This document shows, one piece after another, positions 12,271-23,000 of a stretch of 64,000 bases of DNA. This DNA is from Styela clava (Eukaryota). Under the pieces are notes generated by a model, which did no database searches, was not told the origin of the DNA, and saw only the letters and a list, made by a program, of their open reading frames with translations. The position numbers and the translations under genes were made by a program. The stretch covers positions 7,688,001 to 7,752,000 of the forward strand of contig NC_135262.1 of assembly GCF_964204865.1 (NCBI RefSeq). Reading direction: 5' to 3'. Each line of letters starts with the position of its first letter. Position 1 is the stretch's first letter.

Positions 12271-13905
12271 ATGAAAAATTCCGATCTTGACAATGCTGAA
12301 TTATCCAATGTTATTTCACAAATTGTGACGAGGCTAAAATCTACAACATTACAAACACAACTAAAATACGCTGCGAAGAAAGAAGCTGAACAGCAAGGTG
12401 TAACGAAAGCAACATTACGAAATGATATTGCGCAAGGATTGAAAAGCTCTGGTTGGGAGAAGGTACTTCGGAATGCTGTTTACAGGGAATTAAATCGTAT
12501 TCAAGGAGAAGAATGTAGCAATTCCAAATTAAAGTTAACTTCTCAAGATTTGGAGTCCAGAAAAGAACCTTTGGAATATTTGAGAAAAGCACAAGCGAAT
12601 TGGGAACGGAGGATTCTTAAAAGTATGAACAGCATGTGTACTGAATTGAGTATTCCGTTAGCTCGAAAACGACCTAATGACGAACAGAGAGATTTGTTGC
12701 AAAAATGGAATGAAATGGGAACGGACGAACCCGATCTTAGTCATTTTCGGCCAGTTTATGCTCCAAAAGATTTTTTAGAAGTCATTGCTTCATTGCAAAA
12801 CTCTAATTTTAACGCTACGTCACTCGCAAAGGATTCAAGTACCCCTGAGCAGAGTAAAAGTATGAATACACTAAGTGGATTAATACAAATTCCTCTTGAA
12901 GTTTCAAGCATTGCTAAATTAGGGAAAAAGTACAGCGAATTGAACCCCAAAATAAGTCAGAATGGTGTTGATGATTGCACCGAGGTTTTAACACAACTTT
13001 TTTCTGCTGATAGACAGAAAGTTGCAAAAAAGGTTTTGGATGACAAGCAAAGCTCTGTTGCGCAATATTTCTTACGCCAAGGGAGTCCTAATGGATCAAG
13101 AGCTGATATATGGCAACTCGCACTCGGAGTCACAGTTGACCATTTGAGTATTTTACACTATGAGCAATTGAAAGGATATGTATTGCAACATGATCTTCTT
13201 GTCGATAGTCTTATTTACAAAGATGTCAAACTAACAGCAACAAATGATGATTATTATTTTGTATTCGAAGACTATCTTTACCAAGTTTTGCTCGTTTTCT
13301 CTCGGGATACTTTTGTTTTGAGGCATTTTACTAACAGCAGCGCAACTCCACCAAAGTCGTTTATAAAAGGTAAATGGGGACAAGATGAATATGCTGTAAT
13401 ATATCCTCCAAATGGAGTGATACCTTTTCATGGTTTTTCGATGTATGTCACTCCTTTGTGCTACCTCTATGCAGAACCGACAAGATTGTATTATATGTTC
13501 CGAGAATTGTACATGAGATATTTTTATCACCTACACACTATTTCATCTCACCCGCAAGGAATAGTATCGCTGTGCCTTCTATTTGAGACAACGTTGCAAG
13601 CGGTTCACCCGAAGCTTTTTCATCATCTGCAAGATATTGGAATTCAACCATTGAAAATTGCTTTCAAATGGTTGGTACGAGCTTACTCTGGCTATTTAGC
13701 AACCTATCAGCTTCACCTCTTATGGGATCGTATTATTGGATTTGGAGATTTGAGGCTTCTCTCTATATTCGCTGTAGCCATTTTTGTTTTTCGGCAGGCA
13801 AATCTTCTGTCGATAACTTCACCTGGTGTGGTAGAAGCCGCAATGGCAGACATATCTACGCTACATGTTGTTCCATTATTACAGATGATTTTGTTTCCAG
13901 ATTGA
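12271..13905 (+). CDS. TBC1D19: TBC1 domain family member 19, intronless
   Basis: WERRILKSMNSMCTELSIPLARKR, KDVKLTATNDDYYFVFEDYLYQV, YPPNGVIPFHGFSMY and LLWDRIIG match recalled TBC1D19 sequence. Confidence 0.93.
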   Translation: MKNSDLDNAELSNVISQIVTRLKSTTLQTQLKYAAKKEAEQQGVTKATLRNDIAQGLKSSGWEKVLRNAVYRELNRIQGEECSNSKLKLTSQDLESRKEPLEYLRKAQANWERRILKSMNSMCTELSIPLARKRPNDEQRDLLQKWNEMGTDEPDLSHFRPVYAPKDFLEVIASLQNSNFNATSLAKDSSTPEQSKSMNTLSGLIQIPLEVSSIAKLGKKYSELNPKISQNGVDDCTEVLTQLFSADRQKVAKKVLDDKQSSVAQYFLRQGSPNGSRADIWQLALGVTVDHLSILHYEQLKGYVLQHDLLVDSLIYKDVKLTATNDDYYFVFEDYLYQVLLVFSRDTFVLRHFTNSSATPPKSFIKGKWGQDEYAVIYPPNGVIPFHGFSMYVTPLCYLYAEPTRLYYMFRELYMRYFYHLHTISSHPQGIVSLCLLFETTLQAVHPKLFHHLQDIGIQPLKIAFKWLVRAYSGYLATYQLHLLWDRIIGFGDLRLLSIFAVAIFVFRQANLLSITSPGVVEAAMADISTLHVVPLLQMILFPD

Positions 13906-15059
13906 CTGTAAATTTTTTAAATATGAGTGTTATGCACAACTCTTAATATCATTGTAGTCAATAAATGGGTAGATGTAACTTAACCTACGCAAAACAATCA
14001 ACCTTCAATATTGAGTTGGAGATCTATTCTGGCCAACAGATTGACGTTCTTCAATACGACTGCAAATGATTTTTAGTTTTTTAGATTATATTACAATTTA
14101 TTTTTGTACACAGAGATATATTTTTATTTCCAAATGCTTGTTGCTTCAGGTTTTTTAACGTAGATGCCTATGCATTGCACAATAAAGCTTTCAATTTATA
14201 AATCATTGGGTTATTCAATAGCGAACAGGGATCAGATCATGGAAAAACGAAGGCCAACACCAGCTGGGGTGAAAGGCTATAAATAGTAATCTTGCAGTAC
14301 AAGAGGGTTTCGTTATCTGTAAAGGGTGAACCTCGAGGAAATGTGACGCAGTCCTCTAAAAATCTTGGATTTTTTTTTATAAATTCCCGCCACTAATGCA
14401 AAAAATGTGAGATTTGAGAAAAACACCTTGCTACTTTTTTAAATGACGAATTATTAATTATCCAGTTTGGGTTAGGAATGATTTAAAAATTTGAATTTCC
14501 AGTGCGATCTGCATTCCTAACCCAAACCTTAGCTGGGTACATACTAATTTTTAAGCGTTGGCAGGAGTGTTTTTTGGAAGAGGATTTGTACAAAAGATCT
14601 TAAACCTGCAAATTAGACAACGTGATAGATGTATTCATCGAACCTTTGATAAATTAAATGAATAGTGGCGAATCAATAATACTCCGAAGGGAAGACAATA
14701 AACGCCAAGCCGAACACCGGTAGAATCGATATATAGTCTCAATTTTAAGCACATAAAGAAGTGGTTTGTAATCTCTAGGCCAGAACTCACATGGTAGAAT
14801 CGTTTGGGCAGTGACTGTGTACCGGTACAAAAGTGACAAGATTCACAACAATGTCTCATGCCTAATTTATAATCATATCGCATGTGGTGAAAATATACTG
14901 TGAAATATACGCTACGATTATAGACTTGAATCTGGATCGACCAACCAAACTAAATTTATATTTTATTTGTTGGTGAGATTCGTTTGGAATAAAATATATA
15001 GATTTAAATGCATTTTTTCAATGCAAACTTTGCTGAATCAGTTCAGTATTTTGGCTTGC

Positions 15060-15073
15060 GTTGTCATGGTTAT
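15060..15073 (-). promoter_or_regulatory. Candidate RFX X-box (ATAACCATGACAAC)
   Basis: Fits the RTHNYYWTRRNRAC consensus on the - strand, ~140 bp upstream of the ATG of a cilia-type WD40 gene. Confidence 0.55.
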
Positions 15074-15212
15074 TTCACTGGACGGCGTCTTGTGCGCACG
15101 CTCTCAGTCGATCTTGATTCCAGCTAGCGTTCGTTGGGTTTAGTCTATTTGGGTTGGGTTTTGCGTTTGTCCGTGAGAGCTTTTCGTCTTTGGTTGGCAT
15201 CTTTCCTTGCTG

Positions 15213-18200
15213 ATGTATAGGCCAAATACAGCTGATTATGGCGACAAAAGGTATGCTCCTATCATTCGCCCATCATCTGCTAGTGCAAGAATACAATCCG
15301 ATGCGGTAACAATCACTCAAGACGTTTCCCGTCCGGCCACAGCTGCAGGGCACGCTGGTTTAACCACAATCAATAAATCGGCTGAATATGCACAGCGATC
15401 CAGGCCTTCGTCGAGGGAAGATAAGTGCAGACTGGTCAAGCAGGACCGTAGACTGACTCTCAGTGAAATAGACGGAATAGGGGAACATGCTGCAGAACTG
15501 ACGAGACTCAACACACCCCAATCAACAACAGGGAAAATTAAAGTAGAGGAAAGAATAACTCTTGAACAGCTTCATGCAATAAAGGCAGCTTTTGAAGCTG
15601 CAGATACTGATGGAAGTGGAACTTTGGATATCGATGAGTTCAAAATGGTGGTCAAGAATTCTCTCGGAATCCGAGGTAGGCACGAAGAACAAATTATTGC
15701 TCTTTTCATGAAAATTGATTCTTCCTCGGATGGAGAAATCGATTGGGATGAGTTTTGCACGTACATGCAACTCGAGTACGCTGAAAAGGAAGAGGCATTT
15801 TTGCGATCAAAAAGAGTTATGTTTACTCTTCCTGCTGTGTGTTCCACAAGCCATTATCATAAATCTCCTGTATTGCGAATGTTACATATTGGCGATTCTA
15901 CTTTCATGTGCTGTAGCAAAGAAGGTTTGCTTTCGTTTTGGTCTCACGATATGGAGTTGAAAAAATCGAAAATGATTACTATTGATTCAGGTGGAAGCTC
16001 ATCATTTTCTATCAAACCAAGTATTTGGGTTACTGATGTATCAGTTCTAGCCTCACAGAATAAGATAATCATCGGGACTGGTGATCGCGATATACACTTT
16101 TACGAGCTTTCAACTCTTGATCTTTGCTGTCGTGTGACGGGATTCGACAGTATTCCTTTGTGTATGGATGTTTGCGGAATTGATCAAGACGAATGCATTA
16201 TAACATACGGAGATGATCAAGGCTGCGTAGGTATCATTGAAATTCGTAAATGTGGGGAAACATTTAGATTATGGAAAAAGGCACCTTTGATCAATGGTAT
16301 GCCGACTGTAATAATACAAGAAATAAGTTGCGAAAGCCATATTTATTATATCAAATGGAAAGTTCATGGCGATTGGATTTCTAAGTTAAAATATTACCAC
16401 GAATTACATTCTGTCGTTTCATCTTGCAATCAAACTGCAAATGCACTCGTTCGTGGCTGCACAAGGCCAAGTACATCTCTGAATACTGTTCCTGGTCGTG
16501 GTCTTTCTGCAGTGTTAAGCAATCGTCAAGGTCAAGCATCGAGGCAAGGTCGTAGGCATCATGGTCGTCATTTACCTGAAGGAAAAAGAAGACAAGATGC
16601 TGACCAATCTGTTTTTAGTGTTTATAAAGGTGTTTCCACATTCGATTTTTGTAAGGAAAGAAACATCATTGCTACTGGAGGCATGGATCGTATATTGCGA
16701 CTTTGGAATCCATATATGCCACAAAAGCCTACTGGATATTTACGAGGTCACAATACACCTTTGGTATTTGTTGCCATGTCAGGAGTGGATGACAGAGTCT
16801 TCAGTGTATCTGTTGATAAAGTCGTTAAAGTATGGGATCTCGTGGAACAAACGTGTTTGGTTGCTCTCAGTCCCAAACTTCATAAAATAACAGGAGAAAT
16901 ATTGACGTGCAGCTATACCGAATCGTGTAAAGCAGTTGCGATTGTAACAGATCATATCTCCCTACTCAAAATTAGTCAAAAAGTTTATGTTCAAGCTGAA
17001 ATGCCAACGAGTCATAGCGAATCTGTAACATGCGTTGGTTATAATTCAAGCTTCAACCATGTTATTACATGCTCGGAAGCAGGAGTTGTGAAATTATGGG
17101 ATTTTGATAATGGTTACCCCATGTTTGAGTTTAACAAAGCACATGGAGATGAAGCCGTCACTTGTATGACGTTTGATCGTAGTGGACGACGCCTTGTCAC
17201 TGGAGGTAGAGATGGTACAATAAGAATTTGGAATTACAATAACGGACATTGTCTACGTACTCTTGCTCCAGAAGGAGAAAGACAGGAAATTTCAGCCTGT
17301 TTATATCTTGAGACGAATAAAAATAGCTTCATATGTGGAGTTGGTTGGGATAAAAAAATCAACATCTATCCAGATGACGTACAAGATATAAGAGCTCTTC
17401 AAAGACCAGAAAATAAATGGCAAAATTATGAAAAGTTTTGTCACGATGAGGATATTGTATGCGCAGCACACAGCCCCCCTAATTTCTTAGCGACAGCGTC
17501 TTATGAAGGTTTGATAAAAGTTTGGAATTTTGTTTCAGGACATATTCTTTGTTCCTTACCGTATCCAGGGAAACCTTCTTCCGAAAGTGATGGGGATTCA
17601 GGTTTCGAGAATGAACAAGTACAACAGGCAGTTAGTAAACTTATTTTTATAAAGAAAAGAGTTGAAGGCAAAGTCCAGGCTCCTCTCATAGCTGGTTGCA
17701 CAAATGGCACTTTGATATTTTGGAATGTACAAGAAAGAGAAGTATTCGCTCATTGTGCGGTAACGCTAAATTCTTGTGCTGTTACTAGTATGGTCCTTAC
17801 TGAAGATGAAGATGTATTATATATTGCTGATGAACTTGGTTTCATAAGAGTTTGGAATATAAGCCAATATGCTCATGTCCAATCAAAAAAGCGTAATCAA
17901 TTACAAAATCCACCTAAATTGTTACGAGGTTGGAGATGCCATATTAAAAGAATCACATCAATATGTTTAGTCGAACAACATGCTACAATATTAACCTCCT
18001 CTACTGATCGGACAGTTCGAATATGGAAACTAACTAGCGAGTATGTTGGCACTTTTGGGCAAAGTAATCCTTGGGATCTTTATGATGAATCGACTTGGTT
18101 TCATCCCATGGTGCCACAGGAGGTTTTATTTGATCCTTTGAGCATGCCAGATCATCCTATACTTAAAGAACATCACACGGTAGAGGAAGTTGTCCACGAG

Positions 18201-18740
18201 GAAAGTTTGGAACCATCGGATAGCGAGGAAGAAATAGAAGAACCGAACAGGGGGGTTAAAAAACAGGGTCAATTTTTACCCATATTAGAAGAAGACGAAA
18301 CTGATAAAACAAAATTATCTGTCGAAAAGCCCAGCGTTAAGGCGCCATCGAGACGAAGCTCTCATACTGTACGAGGCATTGGAGAAGACGCTTGGCGTCG
18401 ACGTTTATCACGCCGTTTATCTCGTATCATGTTAACGACCCCAAATGGCATCAACAAAAATGAGGAACAAAATTTACTCAATGATGTTCGACGAACCATG
18501 ACTAAAAGCGCAGGAAAAAGATTACGTCATGAAAGATTATTGTCGCAGCAAAGGCATTTAAATTTACATTTAGATGCAGGATCGCATGCATTTCAGTCTC
18601 TAAAATGTTTTGACCTGAAAGACCCTTCCTCAGATATCTCTCAAGTCTATACGGATAAATCTGCCGGAGACTCGGTCCGTTGGAATAAAGATAATATAAA
18701 GGAGCACAATGAAGAGATACAATCTGTAACTGTTATTTAA
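15213..18740 (+). CDS. EF-hand + WD40 repeat protein (WDR49/CFAP337, WDR95, EFCAB8, WDY family), intronless
   Basis: Two EF-hand loops (DTDGSGTLDIDE, DSSSDGEIDWDE) followed by many WD40 repeats (ATGGMDRILRLWNPY, LVTGGRDGTIRIWN). The exact paralogue cannot be assigned by eye. Confidence 0.88.
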   Translation: MYRPNTADYGDKRYAPIIRPSSASARIQSDAVTITQDVSRPATAAGHAGLTTINKSAEYAQRSRPSSREDKCRLVKQDRRLTLSEIDGIGEHAAELTRLNTPQSTTGKIKVEERITLEQLHAIKAAFEAADTDGSGTLDIDEFKMVVKNSLGIRGRHEEQIIALFMKIDSSSDGEIDWDEFCTYMQLEYAEKEEAFLRSKRVMFTLPAVCSTSHYHKSPVLRMLHIGDSTFMCCSKEGLLSFWSHDMELKKSKMITIDSGGSSSFSIKPSIWVTDVSVLASQNKIIIGTGDRDIHFYELSTLDLCCRVTGFDSIPLCMDVCGIDQDECIITYGDDQGCVGIIEIRKCGETFRLWKKAPLINGMPTVIIQEISCESHIYYIKWKVHGDWISKLKYYHELHSVVSSCNQTANALVRGCTRPSTSLNTVPGRGLSAVLSNRQGQASRQGRRHHGRHLPEGKRRQDADQSVFSVYKGVSTFDFCKERNIIATGGMDRILRLWNPYMPQKPTGYLRGHNTPLVFVAMSGVDDRVFSVSVDKVVKVWDLVEQTCLVALSPKLHKITGEILTCSYTESCKAVAIVTDHISLLKISQKVYVQAEMPTSHSESVTCVGYNSSFNHVITCSEAGVVKLWDFDNGYPMFEFNKAHGDEAVTCMTFDRSGRRLVTGGRDGTIRIWNYNNGHCLRTLAPEGERQEISACLYLETNKNSFICGVGWDKKINIYPDDVQDIRALQRPENKWQNYEKFCHDEDIVCAAHSPPNFLATASYEGLIKVWNFVSGHILCSLPYPGKPSSESDGDSGFENEQVQQAVSKLIFIKKRVEGKVQAPLIAGCTNGTLIFWNVQEREVFAHCAVTLNSCAVTSMVLTEDEDVLYIADELGFIRVWNISQYAHVQSKKRNQLQNPPKLLRGWRCHIKRITSICLVEQHATILTSSTDRTVRIWKLTSEYVGTFGQSNPWDLYDESTWFHPMVPQEVLFDPLSMPDHPILKEHHTVEEVVHEESLEPSDSEEEIEEPNRGVKKQGQFLPILEEDETDKTKLSVEKPSVKAPSRRSSHTVRGIGEDAWRRRLSRRLSRIMLTTPNGINKNEEQNLLNDVRRTMTKSAGKRLRHERLLSQQRHLNLHLDAGSHAFQSLKCFDLKDPSSDISQVYTDKSAGDSVRWNKDNIKEHNEEIQSVTVI

Positions 18741-20063
18741 ATTTAAAATTATTTGTTTTCAACCAAATGAATTTTACAATATGCCATTGAAAGCCAGACT
18801 TTCTATGCACTTTACTTTCATTGTTTAAAGAAGCCACTGGTCGAAGATTCTTCAATACTTGTTCGAGTGGTTTTGAAAAGCACTTTACTGCCCGTAGCGC
18901 AGCACTTAGAAAATTGAAGCACCACCTCACTGTATAATATTTAACCATAATTCCATTTATGCTTGCTGCCTTTTGTTTAAAGCATTTACCAAGGCTTATA
19001 ATGAGTAAACATGTTTTTTTTTACCTATCCAAGCCAGATTTCTTACAAACTTTTGAGTTTTGCTCAAGGAAAGATTCATCCAGATATTTTTTTGATGAGT
19101 AGTTCTATTAATTCGAAGCAAATCGCTTGCACTTTTTTTATGTTTTTTTACATATTGTAGATATTACCTATTGTATTCACTGAATTTTTTTCTTGCCATA
19201 GTGTTCAGTTGCACTTCCATGAATTTCTGTGAAGCAAATTTAAAACATGACTTGTAGTTCTATTATATTTCATTAATGTTTAAGTTTTATCGAGAACTGT
19301 TTTACCTACTTACTGTTCCGTTTGATTATTTTATTTATATGTTTTGCACATGATTAAAAAGGTACTGAATAAGTTATATTTCAATACACTGAAGTGTCCT
19401 TGGTGGCTTTTTTGGTCAAAATATTATTTGCAGATTTTTATGAAATGCTTCCAGGCATGGCAGAATCATTTTATGTGAATGTCAACTACATTTTCTTGCT
19501 TGCCTCTCCAAAGACTCTTCAACACTTTCGGCCCCCTGCCTTTCTATGAAAATACCTAGCTCTGCAATAATGAAAAAAAAAAATGAAAGCGAATTAATTG
19601 GCACCCCATGGGGGGTCTGAGAGAGAGTTTGAGAACCCATGGGTAACAACCAGGGTAATGTTTACGCCTCAATTTTGTATAATTGTAAAATTATGATGAA
19701 TTTGCCTAATGTTTTAAAGTTCATACCGAAATAATTGTTTGATTTTCCATGTTTAAAGATTTTAATATACTGTATGTGAAAATTTTCGGAAAATTTTTTT
19801 AAAGTTTTTATTTTCAAACCTAATTGTACTGAAATAGAAAATGCATTTATACTTTTTCATTTTAAGACTGTCTAATTAATAATCTCACATGACAGAGTGA
19901 ATAGAAAAACCAAAGCCTCTCAATGTGGAATCTGTCCTATTTTTAATAGTAATTAAAGTATATTGTTTTTCTGATATTTGATATGAAATAAAATTTGGTT
20001 TATTTTTTTTAGGTTTTTTAAACTAGATTTTATATTATATCGAGATTAAATTGTATATTTATA

Positions 20064-23000
20064 ATGGCTGATAATCTTCTTTGCACTCTTATACTGGCAT
20101 CAGAAAAAGCTAGTCGAATCGCTCGACTTTGCCGAGAAAACCAGGACTTATTTTCGTTACTTATACAAGAAAAAGGTGAAAAATTCAATGAAATTGATTT
20201 TAAAACATTAGCTGATGTTTTTATTCAACAAACTGTCACGAAAGAAGTTAAAACGAAGGTATTTTTAATTTTTGATGATTATCTATTACGAATAATAAAT
20301 ATATCTAAAGTTATTTACTCATAAGAGCTGACATTGCACCAAATATTTTTTAGTTAAAAATTTGATTTATTGTAGAATACAAAACATGGCGACTGTAATT
20401 TTATATTGTTTTTTGAATGAGCAAGTGTGTTTCGTGGATTTTGATCTCCCGAAATTCAATTTATTCTTGCAGTTAAAATTTTGTTTTGCATTTTGTGGGA
20501 TGTTGCGTTGGGGTTAAACATTAGACTAAACTATCTCAGCAGTGCAGGTTAAAATTGATACATAGTATAATATTTAGCTTGAAATTCCTTAATTAATATT
20601 AATTTTCTTTTATTAGTTTGGAAATTTGGCTGATTATGTTCAAGGTGAAGAAAACAACCAATTTACTAATACTTTGGGAGAAACGGTATCAGTTGAAATT
20701 GGGTCCGAGGTGAAAGAAACGTCCGATATGTTGTCAAAAGTACTTGCTGGAAACGATGCTGCTGCAAGGTTGGCTATTACAATGCTTATGGTAGGATAGG
20801 ATATTACATATTTATCCCCGGGAGAGGAAAGTTGATAAGATGGCTCAATCATATGACGAACCACAGCCTTCCGTCCAGTTTTCAGTCGGTATGGGATTGG
20901 TTAGCTAGTAATTAGTTTTGGATGCATGGATTCGATGGTGGAGGAAGCCGTCGTCTACCAATACAAATTTCAGATTTTTTCCATGTTTGAAATGTGGATT
21001 TGATTTTGGCTTGAAAAAATTATTGTTAACCAAGCCTGATCTGCATTAAAGTTTTTGGCAACGTAAACTTGTATCAAGTATGACCTTATATAAAACTGTA
21101 CCCCTATTTATGTACCATGCTTGATGTTATATTTTAGGGTTTTAGCTGAAGCAGCTCATGAAGAAATTTCATTAGAAATAGAATCATTAGTTGAACCTGA
21201 TGTTTTGAAGGATATTGCGTCGAGTAATCTGGATCTAGAAAACATTGGAATATGGATTGACCCCATAGGTGAGTAAACTTGATCAAAGAGTGTGTCAGAC
21301 TTAACGTATACCCTTGCATATAGGACAAGCTTAAAATTAAAAAAAAAATTGGTGAACTAAGGGATCAGTTTATTTCCGCATAACTATTTAAGAGTGAAAT
21401 ATGTATAAATACATTGTGCAAAAAGACATTGTTCGTGTTTTATATCTTCATTTTGGACTATTATGTTAAGAATGGTTGATGTATTGTGTATCTTTAGCCA
21501 ACCATATGGAAAATTTTCTTATTGCTAAGCATACTATGTCAGCTATTTATTGATTTAAGACATTCATTGACTTCCTGTTCATGTATTGCTTACAATGCAA
21601 TTTTCTCAACCAGACATATACTATGGTAGATATGCATAAAAGTCTATTCTTATGTGTGAAAGTATGACAGTATGATTGACTCCAAAAGTGAATGGGATTA
21701 CAATTTTAGTGCATTGTGATTATATCAACAGTCAACACATATTTGAAAATAAATAATTTCTAGTTGAATCGTTGTGAATCGTTCACTGCTGTATTTTAAC
21801 AATGCCTCGTTGTACTGTTTGGTCCAATACCGTGCTACCCTCTGGAAATATTTTCCTATTTTATACTTCTTGAATTTACTGACAAACAGATGACAGAAAC
21901 TCTGATGTATTATTGTACTTGACCAGTAATGGATATTTCATTGAGATCTGACTTCCTTCTTTAACTTCCTTGTTTATTTCTGTAACAATGGCCAATCAAC
22001 AATAATTTTACAGTGACATAACAACTGAAATTTTAACAGTTGGGCAGTTACTTTTCCCACTCCTAACAAATTTCAGAGTGCTTTCCACTGTTTGTCAGTT
22101 TTTAGTTATGTCAAAACTTACTAGGACCCAGCACAGAAATTTTGCTAGACTAGACTAAAGTTGGCTACCAGTACTTTGTAATGAAATATAAATATATTCT
22201 ATAGAAGTGGTGATTTTATACATAAAAACAAGTTTCCAAGCTCCAATTCATAAAAACAATTGCTGAAGCATAAGTAATTTCCCAATGGCAAAATACAAAA
22301 ATAATTTCACTAAGGGGTTAAAGGCCAACCAAACATAGCCATGGAAACATCCAGCACAGAATAACCAGGGTTCCACCATCAGAAGAGTTGCCCTGTTTAC
22401 CTACGAAGGTTTTTCTCCTTAAAATGGTTGTCATATCATCATAATAATTATCAGTATTTTTTACCAGATTGTACATCCCAATATGTCAAAGGCATAGAAG
22501 ATATGGTTCCAACTGCTCATGGAATTTATGAAGCTGGCCTTCAATGTGTTATGGTTCTAATTGGTGTTTACTCACTTGATGATGGAAAACCGATCTTAGG
22601 TGTTGTAAATCAGCCATTCTGTCAAAGAAACGTCAATAACGGACAAAAAAAGTGAGATTGAAGGCTGCTTTGTTTAACCAGATGCAGAAGTATCTAAGCT
22701 TTGAAATATAATGTATAGCCTACAATATAAAAAAACTGAAGAGAGGTACAATTTTGTGCTATTAGGAATGTATCAAAAAAAAAATAGGATAGGATTTTCG
22801 TGTGTATTTCCGGGAGAGGACTTCGAACTGATAATAGGACTAAAATAAGGAAAATTGGAAAAAAATTATCGCCTAACCCTAACCTGTTACCCATGTTACG
22901 TTCCGATGTCCGCCATCTTGGTTCGCATACTTCGGGAGCACCGCTTTATGATATGCAAACCACAGCCTTGGGTTTTTGATGCATTGGCTTGTTGGTGGAG

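Noticed and set aside
21880-21952. Intronic C/D snoRNA candidates in INPP1 (NOL11 introns also scanned by eye)
   Set aside because: No convincing RUGAUGA/CUGA pair with terminal stem; an Infernal/snoscan search would be needed.
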